34,054 nucleotides of DNA from Candidatus Fraserbacteria bacterium (GTDB taxonomy: Bacteria; Bipolaricaulota; Bipolaricaulia; RBG-16-55-9). The stretch lies in assembly GCA_037443265.1 (NCBI GenBank), contig JBBIOR010000009.1:1-34054 (forward strand), written 5' to 3'. The first letter of the stretch is position 1. Every line of letters starts with the position of its first letter. The notes under the pieces are model-generated. The model saw only the letters and a program-made list of their open reading frames with translations. It was not told where the DNA came from and did not search any database. The position numbers and the translations under genes were made by a program. This document shows positions 27,558 to 34,054 of this stretch, one piece after another.

Positions 27558-29965
27558 GCTCTTAGCAAGCGGTCAGCCAGCGCCACGGCCAGCGCATGGC
27601 CCAGCTCCAAGCGCACCTCCGAGTCGGGATAAAACAAGCGACTCTCTCGGGCACTGAGCTTAAAGAGATCGCTCTCTGTAAGCTCAGAGGCGATCAGCCG
27701 ACGGCCGAGCGCCTGAGCCGCACCCGCACGTAGTTCCTTGCCCTGCGGCGATAGAGCCAGCTCAATTAAGCTCTCGATGGATGGCCCCTCCGGCCCGGCG
27801 AAGCGTTCTGCCAAGACCTCTGCAGCAGCCCCTCTCAGCTCCTCTGTCGCGCCCCCGGTCGCCCAGCGCAAAAGCGCCTCATCAGACTCATCGTGGGCGA
27901 TGAACGCTCTCTTGAGCACCTGCGCAAAGGCCCCTCGCAGCTCGCTCATAGATCCATCAACTATTAGACTGCCAATCGCGATGCTTTGTCCATCGGCCAA
28001 GGCCTGCAGCATACCCAACGGAAGATTGCCCATGGTAGGCCATTGCATGAGGGCTTGAGCGGCCGCCAGGCGCACCTCTTCCGTCGCGCCATCCAGAGCC
28101 AGGCCATAAAGCTCCTCCAAGCCCACGCCCGACCCGATCAATTGCGCACTCAAGGCCGGCACAGCGGCCCGGCGCAGCTCCACCGTAGCCCCTTCGACGG
28201 CCATACGCATCAATCTACTCAGCTCAGGAAGATCCCGCCACAGCCGTTCCGCCAAGGCCTGACTGGCCGCTTGGCGTAGCTCTCGAGTTTCGCCGCGAGC
28301 AGCAATCTCCTCCAGAGCTTCTGTGCTCACATCCGGTGCCCTCAAGATGCCACGCTCTAGGATGTCGAACGCCCTACGGATGTCACGGATGATGGCATTG
28401 AGCTGGAAGATGCTGCCGGTCCTCAAGAGGCGTTCCAGCTCCGCGACGGCGCGATTGACTTCGCCATTGAGGAGCTGTCGGGCCGTGAACTCCCCACCCA
28501 CTTCGGCCGTCCCAATGAGCAGAGCCCGCTCGGCATCGAGCAGCCCCTTAAAGCGTGCGAGCGCCTCTAGAGCTTGGGCCATCTGACCCTGCCGGGCCTC
28601 TTGCAGCATTTGATCGAGCAAGGCTTTCAGTTCAACCAGATCTTGAGTGGCGCGGCCCCGCCTTGCCGAGTAGACCAAAACGAGGGCTTGTGCGGCGGCC
28701 GCGCGCAATTCTTCCGTAAGCGTCTCGTCTTCGGCCATGGATGTCAGCTCACCCAACGGATCGCTGAGGCGATCCAAGAAGCCAAAGAACGTGTAGAGTC
28801 CCGCAAGAAAGTGGCCGGCCGCCACGCGGAAGGCCTTAAGAGAGCCGTCAATGACAAGATCGGCCACATGGACGGCCTCTCCGTTGGCGATGGCTTCCAC
28901 TTGGGATTGGGCCTGCGGAGCGATCAAAGCACTTCGCAATAATACAAAAACAGCCTCAGCTGCTGCTTCCGCCACCTCCTCGCTGGGAGCGCTCGCTACC
29001 GCTTCAATCAGCGCGCTTTGGCTCAGCGCGCGCCGTCCGACCGCCGCTACAAACGCTTGAATGAGCGCGGGAACAGCCGCGCGGCGCAACTCAGGAGTCT
29101 CTCCGGTGGCAATCTGCTCCAGCTCTTCTAGCGAGAGATTGGCATTGAGAAGCTGCTCAGAAAGAACAGTGCTCACCGCGGCGCGCAGCTCGGCAGTCGC
29201 CTCTCTGCTTGCCGCCAGCTGCTCCAGCTGCCCGAGGCTCCAAGCGGCTCGGCGTAGCTGCTCCTCGAAGACGGCAGCCGCTGCCGTGCGGATCTGTGCA
29301 TTCGCCCCTTGAACGCTCTTAGAGAGCTCCACGGTGCTACCACTGACGATCGCGAAGAGTGCCGACTGCTCTAAAGAGAACAAGCGAGCGCTTTGCAGGC
29401 GCAGGACGAGCGCCTGGGCCGCAGCCCAGCGATACTCAGCCGTGGCCCCGGATTGGGCCATGACCAACAGATCTTCATTCGAGTACGTTGAGTTTGCCAG
29501 GGCGGTCGTCAAGGCCGCCACAGCGGCCATGCGCAGCTCTGAAGAGCTGCCCGCTATCACTATCTGTGATAGGGCTTCAAGCGAGAGAGCGCTCTGCTGC
29601 AAGAGTTGACTGAGCAGTTCGCCAGCCGCCGCACGTACCTCAGGGAACTCTCCTGAGGCTGCAAGCTCCCTCAGCGCTTCGAGCCCCGTGGCTCTCTGTA
29701 CCAGCCGGGTACCCAGGGCGCGCGCGGCCGAGCTTCTTAGCTCAGCTGAGGTCCCATCACGGGCCAGTTGGTGCAGCTCCTCGTTGCTCATGTTCGACGC
29801 GATCAGGGCCGGCGTGAGGGCGAGCGCAGCGGCCTCCCGCACTTCCGGAAGTAGATCTTTTCCGGCCAACTGGAGGAGATAGTCCAAGGGCTTGGCCCCG
29901 GTCGAGGGGCCCGCGGCCACCATGAACAGCAGCACTATGGACGCAATGAATTTAATTCTTGTCAT
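27554..29965 (-). CDS. Secreted HEAT-like alpha-solenoid repeat protein
   Basis: GAGGTGA RBS, signal peptide MTRIKFIASIVLLFMVAAG, about 18 repeats of LxxLAxxGxTxELRxAAAxAL; 4-bp overlap with the response regulator. Confidence 0.82.
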   Translation of the reverse strand: MTRIKFIASIVLLFMVAAGPSTGAKPLDYLLQLAGKDLLPEVREAAALALTPALIASNMSNEELHQLARDGTSAELRSSAARALGTRLVQRATGLEALRELAASGEFPEVRAAAGELLSQLLQQSALSLEALSQIVIAGSSSELRMAAVAALTTALANSTYSNEDLLVMAQSGATAEYRWAAAQALVLRLQSARLFSLEQSALFAIVSGSTVELSKSVQGANAQIRTAAAAVFEEQLRRAAWSLGQLEQLAASREATAELRAAVSTVLSEQLLNANLSLEELEQIATGETPELRRAAVPALIQAFVAAVGRRALSQSALIEAVASAPSEEVAEAAAEAVFVLLRSALIAPQAQSQVEAIANGEAVHVADLVIDGSLKAFRVAAGHFLAGLYTFFGFLDRLSDPLGELTSMAEDETLTEELRAAAAQALVLVYSARRGRATQDLVELKALLDQMLQEARQGQMAQALEALARFKGLLDAERALLIGTAEVGGEFTARQLLNGEVNRAVAELERLLRTGSIFQLNAIIRDIRRAFDILERGILRAPDVSTEALEEIAARGETRELRQAASQALAERLWRDLPELSRLMRMAVEGATVELRRAAVPALSAQLIGSGVGLEELYGLALDGATEEVRLAAAQALMQWPTMGNLPLGMLQALADGQSIAIGSLIVDGSMSELRGAFAQVLKRAFIAHDESDEALLRWATGGATEELRGAAAEVLAERFAGPEGPSIESLIELALSPQGKELRAGAAQALGRRLIASELTESDLFKLSARESRLFYPDSEVRLELGHALAVALADRLLRA

Positions 29966-29975
29966 GATTGAGCTA

Positions 29976-31145
29976 TCACCTCGTTTGGTTTCTTGCACCT
30001 TGAGTGATGGTGAACGGATCAACGGCATCGCGAAGCGCATCCCCCAGATAGTTGATGGCAAGCACGCTCACAAATATGAAGAATCCCGGGATGACCAGCC
30101 AAGGATGAAATTGTATCTGATATTGAAAATTCTGTTGCAGATCTCCCATGAGCAGCCCCCAGCTTACCAAGGGCTCCTGGATGCCGAAGCCGAAAAAGCT
30201 TAGCACGCTCTCTAAGAGAATCACGCCGGGCACGGCCAACGTAGCCGACACGATCAAGTAGCTCAGCGTATTGGGCACGATGTGCTTAAAGATGATGCGC
30301 ATATCGCTCAGGCCCAGAGCCCGAGCCGCTTGAACGAATCCTTCCTCGCGCAAGGCGAGAAATTGTCCGCGCACCACGCGGGCCAGCGGCGCCCAAGCCA
30401 CCACGGCCAAAATCAAGGCGATGCCCCAGAAGCGACTGCTGGCCGGAAGCTGCGGCGGAAGAGCGGCCGAAAGGGCTAATAATAGCGCCAGCCTCGGCAG
30501 TGACATGGCCACCTCCACCGTGCGTTGAATGAGCGTGTCGACCCAACTCCCATAATAGCCGGAGAGCCCGCCCAAGAAGACTCCCAGGGCCAGACTGATC
30601 AGAACTACCAGCAACCCGATGCCTAACGAGATCCGGCCGCCGATCAGCGTGCGTGCCCAAAGATCTCTCCCAAAACGATCCGTCCCAAACAAGAAGAGCT
30701 GGCCCGGAGGCTCCACCCCAAACAAGTGAAGATCTGTTGGGAGAAGCCCCAGGAACTGAAAGGGCTCGCCGCGGACGAAGAACCGCACATAATACTTCTG
30801 GCTTGGGTCTTCGTCATACCCTTTGACGCCGGTCAAGGGGTTGTAGGTGCGCCTGAGCCCGTAGACGAAGGGCCTAAGTCCATCAAAATGGACCCAGCCG
30901 ATCATCGGCGGGACGTAGTCATAGGCCAGGCCTTGTGCGTCCGAGTGAAAGCCGGTCGCTGAATGAGGGCTGAGGAATTCCCCCAAGAGGAGCAACAGGG
31001 TCAGCCCAGCCAGAACGACGCTGAAGACAAAGCCGGCTCGATGACCCTGAAAGCGCCTCCAGAACAGCCCTCTCCCTGGGGATTGAGATTCCGCCCCTGA
31101 GACGGAGTCCGGCCGTCGCTCTATAGTCGCGTTCAGGGCTTTCAT
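29976..31145 (-). CDS. Peptide/nickel-type ABC permease (OppC-like)
   Basis: FGTDRFGRDLWARTLIGGRISL, EEGFVQAARALG, KHIVPN, GDALRDAVDP; ATGA overlap with the upstream permease. Confidence 0.94.
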   Translation of the reverse strand: MKALNATIERRPDSVSGAESQSPGRGLFWRRFQGHRAGFVFSVVLAGLTLLLLLGEFLSPHSATGFHSDAQGLAYDYVPPMIGWVHFDGLRPFVYGLRRTYNPLTGVKGYDEDPSQKYYVRFFVRGEPFQFLGLLPTDLHLFGVEPPGQLFLFGTDRFGRDLWARTLIGGRISLGIGLLVVLISLALGVFLGGLSGYYGSWVDTLIQRTVEVAMSLPRLALLLALSAALPPQLPASSRFWGIALILAVVAWAPLARVVRGQFLALREEGFVQAARALGLSDMRIIFKHIVPNTLSYLIVSATLAVPGVILLESVLSFFGFGIQEPLVSWGLLMGDLQQNFQYQIQFHPWLVIPGFFIFVSVLAINYLGDALRDAVDPFTITQGARNQTR

Positions 31146-32176
31146 TGAGAGCGAATCTTGGGATTGACCCAAGCTAAGAGCAGATCTGACAGTAAATTCC
31201 CTAAGATGAGCACGACGCTAAAGAAGAGCAGGCCCCCCAGGATCACGTACTGATCTCCCTGCCTGATGGCCGTCCAGTAGACCCTCTCTACAGTAGGAAG
31301 TTGTAAGATCATAGATGCCACTAGTGTGCCTTCGAACATCAGGGGAAGCCAGTAGCCGAGCATGCTGATCATGGGGTTGAGGGCGTTCTTGAGCGCGTGC
31401 TTGTAGATGACAACCCTCTCGGAGAGCCCCTTGGCCCGCGCGGTTTGAATATAGGGCTCGCCGAGCACATTGAGCAGCTCAGCGCGCATATAGCGCATGA
31501 CGGCCGCAAAGTTGGCTGCCCCGATGACGAGCATGGCCGGCCAGAGGTGCCAGAGCAGATTGAAAAATTTCTCCCAGCTCCAGGGCGCAGAGACTAAAGC
31601 GCCGTCGAAGAGTCCCGAGACCCCCAGGCAGAGGGTTTCACCCAACTCTGGGGACTGCCAGCAGTACCGTCCCACTTGAAAGACCACGACCAAGAGCCAG
31701 AGCAGCGCGATGGCCAGGAAGAAGCTTGGGATGGAGAGCCCCACAAAGCCCATGAAGTTCACCAGATATTCGCGCCAACTGCCCCGATGAATCGCTGCGT
31801 AAATCCCCAGAGGGACGGCCAAAAGCCAAGTGAGGATCATGGTGCCCAAGCTGATCACCAGCGTCCAGAGGAGGGGCGTGCCGCTCTTCCCATCGCCGGC
31901 CGTGAAGAGTTGCACCAGCACCGGCTGTTGGTTCTGGAAGGAATATCCAAAATCGAGACGGCTGAGGATACCCCAGAGCCATCGGGCGTATTGGAGGGGG
32001 AGCGGCCGGTCGAGGCCCGTGCTCTCCACGCAGCGCTGGTATAGCGCTTCATCTTGAAGACGCAGCGGAGTGCAGAAGTTCCCCGGCTGAATGGCCATCA
32101 CCCCAAAGGCGATGGCCGAGATGATCAGCAATAGCGGCACGGTGTAGAGCAGGCGCCGTAGGATATAGCCGAGCAT
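31142..32176 (-). CDS. Peptide/nickel-type ABC permease (OppB-like)
   Basis: MLGYILRRLL, GLDRPLPLQYARW, DFGYS, YIQTARAKGL, KHALKNA, NPKIR. Confidence 0.95.
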   Translation of the reverse strand: MLGYILRRLLYTVPLLLIISAIAFGVMAIQPGNFCTPLRLQDEALYQRCVESTGLDRPLPLQYARWLWGILSRLDFGYSFQNQQPVLVQLFTAGDGKSGTPLLWTLVISLGTMILTWLLAVPLGIYAAIHRGSWREYLVNFMGFVGLSIPSFFLAIALLWLLVVVFQVGRYCWQSPELGETLCLGVSGLFDGALVSAPWSWEKFFNLLWHLWPAMLVIGAANFAAVMRYMRAELLNVLGEPYIQTARAKGLSERVVIYKHALKNALNPMISMLGYWLPLMFEGTLVASMILQLPTVERVYWTAIRQGDQYVILGGLLFFSVVLILGNLLSDLLLAWVNPKIRSQ

Positions 32177-32209
32177 CGTCCGACCGCTCCTTTTAGCAGG
32201 GAAGGGGGT

Positions 32210-33955
32210 TTACTTACGGAAGACGATCTCGGGGTTGAGGAGCGTAGTGTTCTCTGTCGTTCCGGTGAAGTTGCCCACCCGATCCGCACGGTACGCCTCC
32301 AGCCCCTGCGCGTTATAGAGGAAGATCATGGGCTGATTCTGGGCCACGAGCCTCTGGAACTCAGCTAGCAGGCTGAAGCGTTCCGCAAGATCGAGGCTTT
32401 GGGCCTGCTGCTCCAGCAGTTGATCGACTTGGCGCTGCCAGTCCGGGACGTCCTCTCCTGCTCCATCGGAGAACTTCCAGAAGTGGAGAGCCCCTGTGGA
32501 CTGATAGACGGCGCGCAAGAGATTGGGATCGCCGCTGCCTCCGGTGATCGTGATACGCACGGCCTCAAACGGCGGGGGCCGGCTGCCCACCAGCTGATCG
32601 ATGACGGCATTGAGATCCAGCGGCCGCACGTTGGCCTTGATCCCGATCTTGGCCAAATCATTGGCAAAGAGCAGCGCGTCGTTGGTGAGCACGGTGGAGC
32701 CCTGCACGGTGAGCAGGGTAAATTCCACGCGTCGCCCGTTGGGAAAGGAGCGCCAGCCGTCTGAGCCCACCTTCAGCCCGAGTTCGTCTAGAAGCTGGCT
32801 GGCCTCTTTTAAATTGAACTCAAAGCTGGGGAAGCCGGGCTGATCGCCAATCCAAAACGTGGCGGCAATTCCGGGGCCGTAGCGCGGTTCGCCCAAGCCG
32901 TTCAGATTGGCCGAGATCATCCCCGCACGATTGGCCGCATAGGCCATGGCTTGGCGAAAGCGCACCTCGCGAAAGAGCACCCTAAGATCGGGGTCTTCTG
33001 AGTCTTGATTGAAGGCGATGACGTTGCTGTCTACTGTGCCCGCCGGCTGCACGATCACAGAGACTCCTTGATTGGACCGTTGGCGCAAGACGGGCACGTC
33101 CTCCGGCCGCGGCGGGTAAATATCCGTCTGTCCGTTGCTGAAGCGCAACAGGCGCACGTTGTCATCGGTGACTACGGGCATGATAATGCGATCCAGATAG
33201 GGCAGCTGGACCCCGTTCTCGTCGATCTTAAAGTAATAGGGGTTGCGCTCCAGGATGACTTGCTGGCCCGGCGTAAAGCTCTGCAGGCGGAACGGTCCTA
33301 GGCCGGCGATCTTTTCAGGCGGCGTGCCCACACCCCAGGCCGAGTTGAACCTTCCCACTTGGACAGAGCTAGCCAATAGATGCTTGGGCAGAATGGGTGT
33401 GCTGGCAAGCGCGCTCAACAGACCCGAAAAAGGCATAGGCGCAGTGATCCTGACCGTCTGGGTATCGAGCTCTTCCACGGCAGGGAAGAGACCCGCGACC
33501 TGCCAGGCATCCGTAAGAGTGCTGTCCACTTGGGGATTGAAGATGACATCTTCGAGGGTGAAGACGACATCCTCGGCCGTAACGGGCGTCCCGTCGGAGA
33601 ATCGCATGCCGGAGCGCAGCAGAAGCGTGACGCTGGTCTGATCGGCCGAGACCTCAAAAGACTCAGCCACCAGCGGAGTGCCGGTGTTGTCAATCAGGGT
33701 GGAGTTCATCAGACTGGTCACCGCGCTGGAGCTCGCCTCGTTCTGCGTGATCGGATTGAACGTCTTCGGGTTGTCGATGATATCCATGGTCAGAGTACCG
33801 CCGCGCTGGCCTGGCCCGTCGGGCATCTGCACAGTCGAGACCACTAGGGGCGTATTGGGAAGATTCGTCGACTGGGCCATGGAGATGCTCGTGCCGGCGA
33901 TCAGAGCCGGCAGCATCGCTGTGAGGACCAACAGGGCGCAGAGCTTGCGCTTCAT
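32210..33955 (-). CDS. Family 5 ABC substrate-binding protein (OppA/DppA-like)
   Basis: Signal peptide, PKTFNP, FSDGTPVTAEDVVFT, GLGPF, ERNPYYF, LPYLD, FRQAMAYA; GAGGAGG RBS. Confidence 0.95.
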   Translation of the reverse strand: MKRKLCALLVLTAMLPALIAGTSISMAQSTNLPNTPLVVSTVQMPDGPGQRGGTLTMDIIDNPKTFNPITQNEASSSAVTSLMNSTLIDNTGTPLVAESFEVSADQTSVTLLLRSGMRFSDGTPVTAEDVVFTLEDVIFNPQVDSTLTDAWQVAGLFPAVEELDTQTVRITAPMPFSGLLSALASTPILPKHLLASSVQVGRFNSAWGVGTPPEKIAGLGPFRLQSFTPGQQVILERNPYYFKIDENGVQLPYLDRIIMPVVTDDNVRLLRFSNGQTDIYPPRPEDVPVLRQRSNQGVSVIVQPAGTVDSNVIAFNQDSEDPDLRVLFREVRFRQAMAYAANRAGMISANLNGLGEPRYGPGIAATFWIGDQPGFPSFEFNLKEASQLLDELGLKVGSDGWRSFPNGRRVEFTLLTVQGSTVLTNDALLFANDLAKIGIKANVRPLDLNAVIDQLVGSRPPPFEAVRITITGGSGDPNLLRAVYQSTGALHFWKFSDGAGEDVPDWQRQVDQLLEQQAQSLDLAERFSLLAEFQRLVAQNQPMIFLYNAQGLEAYRADRVGNFTGTTENTTLLNPEIVFRK

Positions 33956-33970
33956 CGAGCTTCCTCCTCT

Positions 33971-34010
33971 CTTTTCTTTTCTTTTCTTTTCTTTTCTTGT
34001 CTTTTCTTTG
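33971..34010. repeat. Pentanucleotide tandem repeat (CTTTT)x8, two units degenerate
   Basis: CTTTT x5, CTTGT, CTTTT, CTTTG; reads (AAAAG)n immediately 5' of the SBP Shine-Dalgarno. Confidence 0.9.
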
Positions 34011-34054
34011 GGCCTCTAATGGCCGGGTCCTCCGCCGAAGCCTGGACCCTGGCC

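Noticed and set aside
33971..34054. Rho-independent terminator
   Set aside because: The T-tract precedes the hairpin on the plus strand and reads as an A-tract after it on the minus strand, the wrong order in both directions.

Overview
GC-rich bacterial chromosomal window, mostly housekeeping and regulatory genes. A deep-branching lineage such as Bipolaricaulota/Acetothermia is my inference from gene style and is not shown by the sequence. Left to right: a partial lipoprotein subtilase (missing from the ORF track) divergent from a TrmB-family regulator; a Tat-exported 8-repeat FG-GAP propeller coupled to hydantoinase B; nadE-purH; a ~430-nt densely base-paired intergenic element; a minus-strand regulatory cluster (small membrane protein, Lrp, Crp/Fnr, PAS kinase, single-domain response regulator); M20 peptidase; PKD lipoprotein; class II aldolase-like protein; tRNA-Lys(CTT); rarA; a peptidase/PD40/Omp85-barrel protein; a frameshifted gene remnant; ECF sigma; rhomboid-like protein; yggS; acyl-CoA dehydrogenase; and an operon of peptide-type ABC SBP, two permeases, a secreted HEAT-like solenoid and an OmpR/BaeS-type two-component system with no ATPase. 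The best novelty candidates are the 8195-8625 element, which looks like a compact OLE-like ncRNA, and the ATPase-less ABC/solenoid/TCS operon. No integrase, transposase or CRISPR array was seen.
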